Assembly: GCA_965248535.1 (NCBI GenBank)
Contig: CBDFJR010000005.1
Span: 1,888,001-1,952,000 of the forward strand
Source: Phormidesmis sp.
Lineage (GTDB): Bacteria; Cyanobacteriota; Cyanobacteriia; Leptolyngbyales; Leptolyngbyaceae
Length of the DNA: 64,000 nt
Direction of reading: 5' to 3'
How positions within the stretch are numbered: position 1 is the first letter of the stretch; every line of letters starts with the position of its first letter. The notes beneath the pieces were generated by a model, which made no database searches, was not told the origin of the DNA, and saw nothing but the letters and a program-made list of their open reading frames with translations. Below, one piece after another: positions 10,247 to 20,444 of this stretch. A program made the translations under genes and the position numbers.

Positions 10247-11383
10247 ATGACTGAGACTAACCCGCGGGTTGCGTTTTTTATCGGGTGTTTTGGTGGCGGG
10301 GGCATTGAGCGCATTACAGCCCACCTTGCCCATCGCTTTGTCGCCTTAGGGGTGCAGGTTGATCTAGTGTTAGACAAGGGCGGAAGCCCCCATCTGTGGC
10401 GAATGCCTCCCGAAACCCGGATTATCGATTTACAGGCTCCCCGGTTATCGATGAGTCTCCCCGGACTAGTGCGATATTTGCGGCAAGAACGCCCGGCAGC
10501 GCTGCTCTCAGCCGATCATTATTTAAACGAGATTGCGATTTTAGCCCGATCGTGGGCCAGAGTTCCCACTCGGTTGGTCGTGACCGAACACAATCAATTG
10601 TCCAAAACTGCCCGCAACGCTAGTCGGCTCAAAGGTCGGCTAGCTCCTTTGTGTGCTCGATGGCTTTACCCGCAAGCAGACGGCATTGTGGCTGTGTCGC
10701 AGGGGGTTGCTAAAGACCTGGCTCACACGGCCGTTCTGCCGCTAGATCGCATCGAAACGATCTACAATCCGGTCATTAACCCAGAGATGCTGGCCCTGGC
10801 TAAAGAGCCAGTAGAGCATCCCTGGTTTGCACCAGGAGAACCTCCCGTCATTCTAGGGGTTGGCAAACTGGAGGCGCAGAAGGACTTCCCAACCTTGATT
10901 CGGGCATTCGCAACGGTGCGGCGATCGCAGCCTGCCCGCTTGGTGATTCTCGGCTGGGGGCCCGATCGTCCACAGCTAGAAGCGCTCGTTCAGGAGTTGG
11001 GCCTAGAGGATGCGGTGGCCTTCCCTGGCTATGAGCAAAATCCTTATGCTTATATGGCACGATCGGCAGTGTTTGCGCTGTCGTCTGCCTGGGAAGGGTT
11101 GCCAACGGTGTTAATTGAGGCGATGGCCTTAGGCACCCCGGTAGTATCGACCGACTGTGAGAGCGGCCCTGCTGAAATTTTGGCGGGCGGACGCTATGGC
11201 AGCCTGACCCCTGTAGGAGACAGCGAGGCCCTAGCGGGATCTCTGCTTCAAGTTCTGTCAGGAAACCATAAATCTGTCGATCCCACTTGGCTAGAACAGT
11301 TTGGTTTAGAGACGGCAACTCAACGGTATCTAAAGATCTTAGGGATCGCTCCAATGAAAAAACCGCAAGAAAGTCATGGCTAA
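10247..11383 (+). CDS. Glycosyltransferase family 4 (paralog of 7473-8633)
   Basis: 'GGGGIER', 'GKLEAQKD', 'SAWEGLPTVLIEAMALG'. Confidence 0.9.
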   Translation: MTETNPRVAFFIGCFGGGGIERITAHLAHRFVALGVQVDLVLDKGGSPHLWRMPPETRIIDLQAPRLSMSLPGLVRYLRQERPAALLSADHYLNEIAILARSWARVPTRLVVTEHNQLSKTARNASRLKGRLAPLCARWLYPQADGIVAVSQGVAKDLAHTAVLPLDRIETIYNPVINPEMLALAKEPVEHPWFAPGEPPVILGVGKLEAQKDFPTLIRAFATVRRSQPARLVILGWGPDRPQLEALVQELGLEDAVAFPGYEQNPYAYMARSAVFALSSAWEGLPTVLIEAMALGTPVVSTDCESGPAEILAGGRYGSLTPVGDSEALAGSLLQVLSGNHKSVDPTWLEQFGLETATQRYLKILGIAPMKKPQESHG

Positions 11384-11401
11384 TCTCCACCGAGGCACAT
11401 C

Positions 11402-12334
11402 ATGAAGTTGGCTATTTTATTCTGGTTTTATAAAGAACCAGACGTGTGTAAAGATCGCTTAGAACTTTTGCGCCAACACAACCCGACTGCTCTAATTTAT
11501 GGCTTATATGGCGGCAATCCAGACGCAGCTAGCCACTATCAATCTTTGTTAGCTCCCTATCTCAATGATTTCTATGCCTTCACCGAAGATAGAGATTCCC
11601 TCTGGAAATGGCTTCAGGGCGACCTGCTGCTGACCCACTGGTATCGGGAGCGGGGCAAAGATTTAGACTGGGACACGGTGGTGATTGTTCAGTGGGATAT
11701 GTTGGTGTTTGGAGCCGTTGAAGACCTCTTTTCGATGCTGAAGAAAGATCAAATTCTGCTGTCGGGGCTACGACCGATCGCAGAGGTTGAACAGGATTGG
11801 ACTTGGGTCGCTCCCAAAGTTCCAGAACGCAGACACCAATATCTAGAGTTTTTGACTCATGTCCGTGAAACCTATCATTACCACCACGAGCCTCTAGGCT
11901 GCTTATTTATTGTGGTTGGTCTGCCCAGAATCTTTTTAGACAAATACTCCAGCGTAGAACAGCCAGAGCTAGGATTCATTGAATACCGCATCCCCATGTA
12001 TGCCCAAATCTTCGGCATACCTTTTTGTGAAAATCATCCGTTTCAAGCCTGGTGGGTAGATGTCGATCCAAGTTTTCAGGCCAAAAATCCACTTAAGCGA
12101 GCCGTCAACGCGCTGCACCTAAAGTTGAATCCAAACCCCCTAAACCCTGCCCGGCGAGATATTTCTCTCATTCCCATCTACAGGCATTTGTGCAGTCAAA
12201 CAGGTGCTAGAATTTTCCACCCCTACCAGCAGACCTTTCCTATTCAGAAACGGCAAAGAGCAGCCGCATTGCTAAATGAGTTAAAGCAAGACTTTAGTTG
12301 GCTGACTCAAAAACTGACGGGGCAAAAACGGTAG
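11402..12334 (+). CDS. Hypothetical protein, possibly GT-A-like glycan enzyme
   Basis: 310-aa ORF closely following the GT4; 'WDTVVIVQWD' resembles the GT-A DxD region. Confidence 0.5.
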   Translation: MKLAILFWFYKEPDVCKDRLELLRQHNPTALIYGLYGGNPDAASHYQSLLAPYLNDFYAFTEDRDSLWKWLQGDLLLTHWYRERGKDLDWDTVVIVQWDMLVFGAVEDLFSMLKKDQILLSGLRPIAEVEQDWTWVAPKVPERRHQYLEFLTHVRETYHYHHEPLGCLFIVVGLPRIFLDKYSSVEQPELGFIEYRIPMYAQIFGIPFCENHPFQAWWVDVDPSFQAKNPLKRAVNALHLKLNPNPLNPARRDISLIPIYRHLCSQTGARIFHPYQQTFPIQKRQRAAALLNELKQDFSWLTQKLTGQKR

Positions 12335-12355
12335 CAGTGAATCGCCCCATAGGTC

Positions 12356-12652
12356 TTATTGAGGAGCTTTAACCAGCAGGGCTGTCCAGAGATGTGAAGG
12401 ATTTGCGTAGTAGTTGATCACCTCCACTTGATAGCACCCTCGCGAGAGCACTAGATAATCCCCACGATTAATTCTTTTGCCATACCCAGTCATGTGTGCC
12501 TGACTACCGTCGGCGGTTATTTCAAATACATAGTCGATGCCATTTATCTGCTGAGTATAGTTATGGACTTTTGATGAAACGGGTGAGACAAGGGTCAATA
12601 GCCGATCAAGAAAATTTATAGAGGGGACTGTCTGTTCTGGGTCAGTCAACAT
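12356..12652 (-). CDS. Hypothetical protein
   Basis: 98-aa ORF in otherwise non-coding space. Confidence 0.55.
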   Translation of the reverse strand: MLTDPEQTVPSINFLDRLLTLVSPVSSKVHNYTQQINGIDYVFEITADGSQAHMTGYGKRINRGDYLVLSRGCYQVEVINYYANPSHLWTALLVKAPQ

Positions 12653-13220
12653 AAAAATGATTCCACGGTGAATGTGGGAGAGGGATCGAAATCTCAGGGA
12701 GGGCGTTTGCAGAATAACCTAAGCAATTTGAACAGCAGTATAGTCTAGCTACCTTTACCTGTGACAAAAAAATCAAGACTAGTTTAAGAAAGCCGCTGAA
12801 AGTAAGGATGAAAAGCTGTGCCAGTTTTGTTGCCTACACCCAGGGATGAGCGCCAGAATCTGGGGTGTGAATCAACGAGAAGTTTTTACCGTGTATCTTA
12901 CCCTAGCCTGTCTATCGGTTCAAGGCTCCCTGCTGTTTTGATAACGCTGGCTCCCAAATGTCCCAAATCTGCTCTCCAATCGTCAAAAAATGCTTGATCA
13001 GACCTTCGCGCCCGGTTTCAAAGTCCCCTTAATTTTCTTGCGTTGTCGTTCCATCTTGTTCTGTCCAATCCAGCCGATGACTTGAGTATTTTCCCCACCC
13101 GTTGTTCTAAGCTTCAGTGAGAAATGCTACTGAAAAAACTTATAATTCGGGCGATGGATTAACTGGAAGCTGTGTTCTCTCTTAAACATTAAAAGTGGAT
13201 TGCTAGATCCCCTGACTAAA

Positions 13221-14156
13221 ATGAGTAACCAACCGAAGAATCCCTACCTTGCTGCTTTGCGGCCTCGACAATGGACGAAAAATCTGATCGTTTTTGCGGC
13301 CTCTCTATTCTCGTTTAACCTGACTGTTCAAGCGCTATTGGGTAGTCTATTGGCATTTGGACTGTTTTGCTGCACGTCTAGTAGTTTTTATCTGATTAAC
13401 GATCTGGCGGATGTCGAGTCCGATCGCAAGCATCCTGTTAAGTGCAAGAGACCGATCGCGGCGGGGCTGATCAGCGTTCCTATCGCGATGGCAATGGCGG
13501 TTGTGCTGCTGGGCGGCTCTCTGTTGACCGCTTGGCTGTATGACAAACGGTTGGGAGCGGCGATCAGTTGCTATGCGCTGCTTCAGGTTGCTTATAACTT
13601 AAAGCTGAAGCGCACCGTGATCTTAGATGTGGTGGCGATCGCGACTGGATTTGTGCTCAGGGCCTATGGCGGTGCGGCAGCAACCAATGTGGTTCTTTCC
13701 TCTTGGTTTTTGCTCTGCACGGGGATGCTGGCGCTTTTTCTAGGCATCGAAAAGCGGAAAGCCGAGATTCGTCTGGCAGAGTTTAAGGGTGGCCCCACCC
13801 GCGCTGTCTTGAGTCGCTATTCTCAAGATCTTCTCAGCCGCATGGAGAACACGGTGACGACGGGGGCGGTGATGACCTATGCAATTTGGAGTTCGGGGCC
13901 CAATGTGAATGGGGCAACGACTCCGTGGATGCTGCTGACGTTGCCCTTTGTGCTGTATGGAATTTTTCGCTACCAGTTGCTCAGTGACCCGCAAGAAATT
14001 TCTCGGAGAACTGATCTGGGTCAAGAAAAAGGCGGCAAAACAGAGCGCCCCGAAGAAATTTTGCTCACCGATCGTCCGATTTTGCTGACGATATTGGCTT
14101 GGATTTTGACAACACTGGCGATTTTAACGTTGAAGCATCAAGGAGTCATTGATTAA
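13221..14156 (+). CDS. UbiA-family polyprenyl-phosphate phosphoribosyltransferase
   Basis: 'LRPRQWTKN', 'YLINDLADVESDRKHPVKCKRPIAAG', 'KRKAE'. Confidence 0.85.
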   Translation: MSNQPKNPYLAALRPRQWTKNLIVFAASLFSFNLTVQALLGSLLAFGLFCCTSSSFYLINDLADVESDRKHPVKCKRPIAAGLISVPIAMAMAVVLLGGSLLTAWLYDKRLGAAISCYALLQVAYNLKLKRTVILDVVAIATGFVLRAYGGAAATNVVLSSWFLLCTGMLALFLGIEKRKAEIRLAEFKGGPTRAVLSRYSQDLLSRMENTVTTGAVMTYAIWSSGPNVNGATTPWMLLTLPFVLYGIFRYQLLSDPQEISRRTDLGQEKGGKTERPEEILLTDRPILLTILAWILTTLAILTLKHQGVID

Positions 14157-14157
14157 G

Positions 14158-14667
14158 ATGTCCACTCACAAAACTCTTCCACGATCGGCTGATAATTTAA
14201 TGATGCTAGATCTGCATTTGCTCACCGCAAACGGGATCTTAGGGATAATTTTAGATTTAGACAACACGATCGTATCGGAAGACGATCGCTATCTTTCTCC
14301 CGGTGCAGAAGCCTGGATTAGCAAAGCAAAACAGGAAGGATTGAAATTTTTTATCCTCTCCAACGGCAAGCGTCGTCACCGGGTGAAGTTTTGGTCGCAG
14401 AGACTGGATGTGCCTGCCATCAGTCCGGCTCGCAAGCCGTTTCCGTCTTCCTTTCGTAAAGCTTTTAAGAGAATGGGTCTCAAGCCGTTCCAGGTTGTGG
14501 TGATCGGAGACAGCCGTCACACAGATATGCTAGGGGCGTGGTTAGTGGGCTGTCCTAGCATTCAGGTTGCCACACTGCCCCATCCCCTGCGCTGGTGGGA
14601 AAAACTGTTTGGTAAGCGGGTGCAAATTCCCTACCCAGCCGATCTAGAATTGTTGGATTTCACCTGA
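14158..14667 (+). CDS. YqeG-like HAD IIIA phosphatase
   Basis: 'DLDNT', 'LSN', 'ARKP', 'IGD...TD'. Confidence 0.85.
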   Translation: MSTHKTLPRSADNLMMLDLHLLTANGILGIILDLDNTIVSEDDRYLSPGAEAWISKAKQEGLKFFILSNGKRRHRVKFWSQRLDVPAISPARKPFPSSFRKAFKRMGLKPFQVVVIGDSRHTDMLGAWLVGCPSIQVATLPHPLRWWEKLFGKRVQIPYPADLELLDFT

Positions 14668-14687
14668 CAGCAATAGAGGGCTTTAAT

Positions 14688-14850
14688 GCTCAATCATTAC
14701 TAACATCTTGACATCCTCACCGTCTTAAAGGAGCGGTGATTCCTAAGACTCACGACTTAGGTTTCTGCTTCATTGCAACTGCCCTCAAAGCGAATGCTGA
14801 TCCGGTCTTACGTTCGCTCCACAGACTTTCACGGCAAGCCCTGCCGCAAG
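14688..14850 (-). ncRNA. Predicted TnpB omega/reRNA (right-end scaffold plus flanking guide)
   Basis: Established TnpB architecture; hairpins downstream of tnpB ending at TCAA; boundaries approximate. Confidence 0.55.
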
Positions 14851-16034
14851 AATATTATTTGCTGCGTTGATGTCCCGGTCATGGTGTGTCCCGCAACTGG
14901 GGCAGTCCCAGTCTCGAATCTCCAACGGCAACTTATCCACGATGTAACCACAATGCCCACACCGCTTAGAACTCGGAAACCATCGGTCAATCTTGACGAA
15001 GCTGCGACCATACCAATCGCACTTGTATTCAAGCTGTCTGACCAACTCAGACCATGCAGCATCGCTGATGGACTTAGCCAGCTTCCGATTCTTAACCATG
15101 TTCTTCACAGCCAAGTCCTCAACGGCGATGGTTTGGTTTTCACGCACCAATCGAGTTGTCAACTTGTGAAGAAAATCATTTCTCGCATCGCTAATCTCTG
15201 CATAGACTCTAGCGACTTTGATCCGAGCTTTGTGTCGGTTGTTCGACCCTTTTTGCTTGCGACTCAACGCCTTCTGCGCCAAGCGCAGTTTGCGACGCTT
15301 GGCAGCAAAGCCTTTGGGGTTGACAACCTTCTCGCCTGTACTCAGAGCGACCAGGCTAGTGATGCCCAAATCAATTCCAATTTGGTTGGGCGATTCGGGC
15401 AAGGGTTCAACCTCAACATCCACCAGCAGAGAAACCGTCCATCTCCCAGCCGGGGAGAGTTTCACCGTGACGGTGGAGGGTTCAGTACCTTGGGGGAGTT
15501 GTCTACTCCATCGGATATTGAGCGGTTCAGCATCCTTAGCCAGAAATACCTGAGCATCTCTGAACTTAAATGCCGACTTGGTAAATTCAGCACTGCCGCC
15601 GTGATGCTTCTTCTTGAAGTTGGGGTATTGTGCCCGTCCTGCAAAGAAATTGGTAAACGCTTTCTGAAGGTGACGCAATCCCTGTTGCAGAGGAACGCAA
15701 CTCACTTCGTTGAGAAATTGCAAGGCTTCCGCTTTCTTCCACGCGGTCAGCATGGTCGAGGTTTCAGCGTAGCCAACTCGTTCCTGACGCTCGTACCACG
15801 CCTCTGTCCTAGCGGCGAGGGCGCGGTTATACACCAATCGAGTACAGCCCATCGTGCGCCTCAGCAAGGTTTCTTGCTCAGGTGTTGGATAGAAGCGGTA
15901 CTTGAAGGCTTTCTGCGTCATGTCTCACAGTATAGCGTCTATTCTGTGAGAAGCGTGAGAGATTGGGCACTCGATCCAGTGCTCGCTCCTATCCCTCCCT
16001 GTCCTAAAGGATCAGGGTTTCTCGGAGGTTTTCG
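14708..16034 (-). mobile_element. IS200/IS605-family element, tnpB only (IS1341-like), 1327 bp
   Basis: Left-end hairpin 15997-16017; right-end hairpins 14717-14739 and 14742-14761; ends in TCAA on minus strand; no tnpA; left boundary inferred from the reconstructed empty site. Confidence 0.85.
14785..15921 (-). CDS. tnpB: RNA-guided endonuclease TnpB
   Basis: HTH 'KAFKYRFYPTPEQ', RuvC motifs 'GIDLG', 'AVEDL', 'DRDINAA', Zn finger CGHC...CPSC. Confidence 0.95.
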   Translation of the reverse strand: MTQKAFKYRFYPTPEQETLLRRTMGCTRLVYNRALAARTEAWYERQERVGYAETSTMLTAWKKAEALQFLNEVSCVPLQQGLRHLQKAFTNFFAGRAQYPNFKKKHHGGSAEFTKSAFKFRDAQVFLAKDAEPLNIRWSRQLPQGTEPSTVTVKLSPAGRWTVSLLVDVEVEPLPESPNQIGIDLGITSLVALSTGEKVVNPKGFAAKRRKLRLAQKALSRKQKGSNNRHKARIKVARVYAEISDARNDFLHKLTTRLVRENQTIAVEDLAVKNMVKNRKLAKSISDAAWSELVRQLEYKCDWYGRSFVKIDRWFPSSKRCGHCGYIVDKLPLEIRDWDCPSCGTHHDRDINAANNILAAGLAVKVCGANVRPDQHSL

Positions 16035-16376
16035 ATGACCCCTAATGTTCTCTTCACCCTTCTGATTTTGACCACGGTTGGTCTAAACACTGTTGCACAA
16101 ACTTTATTAAAGCTGGGATCGGGTTCTAATCCTCTCAATGGCTATCTTTTGGGTGGGCTGCTGTCCTATGGATTGAGTACGGTTTTCTATATTTTGGTTC
16201 TGGGTAAGTTTAATCTTTCGGTGGCCTATCCCGTCGTGATTGGGTTAACAGTTGCCGCCACCACGCTTGCTGGAGCGATTATTTTGCGGGAAAAAGTTGA
16301 GGTCTCCCAGTGGGTGGGGATCGGACTGATGCTCAGTGGCATCTTGGCGATCGCTTTTGCCAAAGGCAGCAGCTAA
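16035..16376 (+). CDS. SMR/EamA-like small membrane transporter (ArnE/F-like)
   Basis: 4 TM helices, 'AQTLLKLG', 'LSVAYP', 'ILREKV...QWVGIGL'. Confidence 0.8.
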   Translation: MTPNVLFTLLILTTVGLNTVAQTLLKLGSGSNPLNGYLLGGLLSYGLSTVFYILVLGKFNLSVAYPVVIGLTVAATTLAGAIILREKVEVSQWVGIGLMLSGILAIAFAKGSS

Positions 16377-16953
16377 TTGCATAGCCTCAGCGATCGGGAG
16401 CCTGTTGTGGATTTTTAATGAGAGTCGGGGGGAATGCGATCATCACTCAACACCCCCTAGAGTTGGCATGAAGAACGACCGACCACGCTCCTCAAGAGGC
16501 TGCTGAGAGGTCACCCCATCGTTCAAGCCCAAAGCCTTATTCTGGTTAAAGAGAATTAAAGAGAGCCTCCGGGAATATGAAGTTGCTGTGAAAAGGCGGG
16601 ATTACTCTAGTATTCCTACGGAGGATGAAATAATATCGTGCACATACTGCGCCAATGCCCCTCCTGCCAGAGCAGTATTCTCACTGACGGACTACCCAAG
16701 CCCTGCCAAAGTCCTGCCTACATTCTCCAAGTATCTACATAGAAGTTTAGGATTTCTCTCTGTCGGTGGTGATCAGCAGACCTGACTGTTTCCGAAATTC
16801 TTTCTAACAGTCATGATTTCAGAACTAAGCGTCACCTCTATGATTTTCACCAAACCTGAGAGTCCGATTTGTTCCCCTGAGACTTGTAGGTTGATCATTG
16901 GCTCACGCTTTTAGCTCAAACAGTTAACGCTCTCGCTTTCTAGGAAAAAACTC

Positions 16954-17748
16954 ATGTCACAAGCAACTTCCCACTCTCGGTATGTTATTGGTCTTCCCGT
17001 TACCGCTCTGCCGTTTGAGTCACAGATGACGCTGATCCTAGAGTGGGCGAAGCTTCGTCTGAGCAAGGCTGTTTGTATTGCAAATGTTCACATGCTGGTA
17101 GAAGCCTACCGGGATGCTAATTTTGCGTCCGTGTTGCAAGGTGCTGATCTGGTCACTCCTGATGGAATGCCGTTGGTGTGGATGCTGAAGCTATTAGGGT
17201 CGCCCAAGCAAGACCGAGTAGCGGGCTTAGATGTGCTGCAAGCTCTCTACGATCGCGCCACTCAAGCAGGAGTTCAGGTGTTTTTTCTAGGATCGCAGGC
17301 GATGATTCTCGATCGGATGCGTGAGCGATTAAGCCAAGAGTTTCCAGACTTGCAAATCGCTGGCATGGAGCCGCTGCCGTTTCGTCCCATGACCCAGGCA
17401 GAAGATGAAGCGCTGGTGCAAATGCTCAACCAGAGCGGCGCAGGGATTATTTTTGTGTCGCTGGGCTGCCCCAAACAGGAGCTATGGATGGCAAAGCACA
17501 AGCATCGCGTCAATGCCGTGATGATTGGCGTAGGTGGGGCATTTCCGGTCTATGCCGGAATTCACAAACGTGCCCCCAAGCTGGTGCGATCGGCGGGTTT
17601 TGAGTGGCTCTATCGACTATTACAAGAACCAAAACGCCTGTGGGGACGCTATAGCAGCACTATTCCTATCTTTGTTTGGCTTGCCTGTAAGCAGTTGTTG
17701 CTCGATCAGCGTAAGGGATTGATAGAAGACTATAGCGACTCAGTTTAA
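16954..17748 (+). CDS. WecB/TagA/CpsF family glycosyltransferase (GT26)
   Basis: 'ADLVTPDGMP', 'VSLGCPKQE', 'EWLYRLLQEPKRLWGRY'. Confidence 0.92.
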   Translation: MSQATSHSRYVIGLPVTALPFESQMTLILEWAKLRLSKAVCIANVHMLVEAYRDANFASVLQGADLVTPDGMPLVWMLKLLGSPKQDRVAGLDVLQALYDRATQAGVQVFFLGSQAMILDRMRERLSQEFPDLQIAGMEPLPFRPMTQAEDEALVQMLNQSGAGIIFVSLGCPKQELWMAKHKHRVNAVMIGVGGAFPVYAGIHKRAPKLVRSAGFEWLYRLLQEPKRLWGRYSSTIPIFVWLACKQLLLDQRKGLIEDYSDSV

Positions 17749-18086
17749 TTTTTGTAAAGACCTAGCCAAACGGACAACAGAAATAAGATAGCTCGTACCT
17801 GAGTTTTGACTGAAGTAAGGGGGTAACGTGCGCGGCATCATCCGCCAAGTTGCTCCCTTGCGGCTTGATCCTGACAACCCTTGGAAATTACAGTCACCTT
17901 GCGATAATCAGCGCTACACCCAAAGTCTAGAATCTTTAAATAGTAAAGTTGTGCGACGGTCGTGTGCATCCAGACTAAAATGGCATTTCGAGGTGCAAAA
18001 GGGCTAGTTCAACGCTTTACTCAACTTATAGAGTCAGACTTCTAGCCACCAGATCCGTCAGCAACCATGCCGAGAGTGAGTCTAGT

Positions 18087-20354
18087 ATGGAGAACGAAGA
18101 ACTTCAACAGTCAGCGACCCATGCCCCCCGGCGATCGTGGTTGCCCCAAGCTAACTTTGCTCAACTCACTAAGGACGACGAGGGCGGGCTAAACCTGGGC
18201 CAGGTCGTCGCGACTCTGCGCCGAAAGGTGCTGATCATTGCGGGAGTGACCACGGTTGTTGCGTCGGGCGCTCTGCTCAAAGCGCTGAACAGCAAGCCGA
18301 CCTATCAGGCAAGCTTTGAGATTTTGACTAAGCCAATCACCGTCGAAACGCAGGTGATTTCCTCCGTTCCTCAGACCCTCAGCAATAAAGAGGGACAGCA
18401 AGGGGCAGAAAAAGGCGTTGATCCCACCAAGCTAAAAGTGTTGAAGAGCGCGACGATTTTGGCTCCGATCGCTAAGAAACTAGAGCCTGCCTACCCTGGC
18501 ATCAGTTATGACGAAATCGCTGCTGGGCTGGTGGTTACGCCTCTACCCAGCAGCGAGGTGCTCGCAGTGGGCTATCAAGATAAAAACCCCAAAAAGGTTA
18601 AGGCAATCCTCGACCAAGTTGCCGATGCCTATCTGAAGTACAGCCTAGAAGAACGGTTAGCAGATGTGCGGCAAGGAATTGACTTTGTAGATGCTCAACT
18701 GCCGCAGTTGCAAAAGCGAGTTGAAGTGATCCAAGACGAGCTACAGAGTTTTCGTCAACGATATAACCTGATCGATCCAGATACTCAAGGAAAACAACTA
18801 GCAGATCAAACCACAAGAATTGGACAACAGCGATTTGAAGCGCAAGCCAAGCTCAACGAAGTGCAGGTAACCTACCAAAACTTGAGCCGACAGTTAGCAC
18901 AACAAACGAATGCCAGAGGCTCATCTGCATTGAGTGAGAATGCACTCTATCAGAAGCTATTAAGTCAGCTTCTAGAAGTTGAAACGCAGACCGCAAAAGA
19001 CTCATCTCTCTACCAGGACAGCAGCCCCAACATTCAGGTGCTCAGAGATCAGCAAAAAAATCTGATGCCCCTGCTACAGCGCGAAGCACAACGAGTGCAG
19101 GCAGAGCTTGCTGACAAAATTCAAGAACTAGAAGCGCGAAACCAATTTTTGGCTCGCACCGCTACTGACTTAGATCGAGACATTAAACAACTGTCTCTAG
19201 TCGCTCGTCGCTATACCGACATTCAACGAGAGCTAAAAATTGCGACAAACAACTTAGATCAGTTCTTAACTAAGCGAGAAGCTCTGAGAATTGATGCCGG
19301 ACAGCGGAAAACTCCCTGGCAGATTCTAACTCCACCGACTGATCCTTCTCCATCGTCGGCAGATGTCAAGCGCAGTGCTTTGTTAGGAAGCGTCCTGGGT
19401 TTGTTAATGGGAGTAGGCGTTGCACTACTGTTAGACAAGGTGAGCAATGTTCTCTACTCTGCTGAAGAGATCAAGGCATTAAGTAAACTGCCAATTTTAG
19501 GCGTGATTCCCTACAACACTGACCTAGAGGAAACGGAACATTCGTTGGTGTCGATCGACCAAATTACGGCCTTGACTGACATCTCTGGGCTAGTCCATCA
19601 GATGCGTCAACGTTTTGGGTTGAACAATGGCAACAGCACTTCCTACCAGCATGGAACCTCAATCTTTCTAGAAGCCTTTCGATCGCTCTATACCAACATT
19701 CTGCTGATGAGTCCCGATGATCGGATTCGGTCGATCGTCATCAGTTCATCCATTCCTGGTGAAGGTAAATCAACGATCGCAATTTATCTCGCCCAGGCCG
19801 CAGCAGCCCTGGGTCAAAAAGTGCTGTTGGTGGATGCCGACCTGCGGCTGCCTCAACTGCATCAGCGCTTAGAGATGGACAACAGCTTTGGGCTAAGTAC
19901 GATGATTGCTGAAGACCTAGACTTTGAGCGAGTGGTGCAAAAGTCCTTTTTAGACAACAATCTGTCGATCTTGACCGCCGGGCAGGTTCCCCCCGATCCC
20001 ACTCGATTGCTGTCTTCTAAGAAAATGCAGACCTTGATGGAGCGGTTTAAGGAAGCCTACGACCTGGTGATCTATGATATGCCGCCGATCGCCGGGTTAG
20101 CAGATGCCAAACTGCTGGCTCCTAGAGTGGATGGGGTCGTGATGGTCGCGGGACTCAACAAAACAAAAGCTTCTGTGTTGACGCAGACCCTCGAAGGGCT
20201 GAAGCTCTCGGCAGTTCCCGTGCTGGGGATCATCGCCAACGGCTCAAAAGACCAAGACTCTAAGCGAGATGCCTATCATCGGTATTATTATGCAAATGGA
20301 AACAAACCTGCTCAAGCCATGATTGGGGGCAAGACAAAACTGCCAAAGACCTGA
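18087..20354 (+). CDS. wzc: Polysaccharide co-polymerase / tyrosine autokinase (Wzc-like)
   Basis: Two TMs flanking a coiled coil; 'EAFRSLYTN', Walker A 'GEGKST', 'DADLR', C-terminal Tyr cluster 'YHRYYY'. Confidence 0.88.
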   Translation: MENEELQQSATHAPRRSWLPQANFAQLTKDDEGGLNLGQVVATLRRKVLIIAGVTTVVASGALLKALNSKPTYQASFEILTKPITVETQVISSVPQTLSNKEGQQGAEKGVDPTKLKVLKSATILAPIAKKLEPAYPGISYDEIAAGLVVTPLPSSEVLAVGYQDKNPKKVKAILDQVADAYLKYSLEERLADVRQGIDFVDAQLPQLQKRVEVIQDELQSFRQRYNLIDPDTQGKQLADQTTRIGQQRFEAQAKLNEVQVTYQNLSRQLAQQTNARGSSALSENALYQKLLSQLLEVETQTAKDSSLYQDSSPNIQVLRDQQKNLMPLLQREAQRVQAELADKIQELEARNQFLARTATDLDRDIKQLSLVARRYTDIQRELKIATNNLDQFLTKREALRIDAGQRKTPWQILTPPTDPSPSSADVKRSALLGSVLGLLMGVGVALLLDKVSNVLYSAEEIKALSKLPILGVIPYNTDLEETEHSLVSIDQITALTDISGLVHQMRQRFGLNNGNSTSYQHGTSIFLEAFRSLYTNILLMSPDDRIRSIVISSSIPGEGKSTIAIYLAQAAAALGQKVLLVDADLRLPQLHQRLEMDNSFGLSTMIAEDLDFERVVQKSFLDNNLSILTAGQVPPDPTRLLSSKKMQTLMERFKEAYDLVIYDMPPIAGLADAKLLAPRVDGVVMVAGLNKTKASVLTQTLEGLKLSAVPVLGIIANGSKDQDSKRDAYHRYYYANGNKPAQAMIGGKTKLPKT

Positions 20355-20444
20355 GAGACCGTTGGAGAAGTTCTTAGCTGAAAAGCCTTTTCAGCATTGC
20401 CAACTGGAGACTGTGAGGAAATTAATTGACTGACTGCACCTGTT

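Noticed and set aside
7478..11390. Long alternative-frame ORFs (219 and 180 aa)
   Set aside because: Antisense to well-supported GT4 genes
14773..16038. 421-aa plus-strand ORF spanning the IS
   Set aside because: Antisense shadow of tnpB with no recognisable motifs
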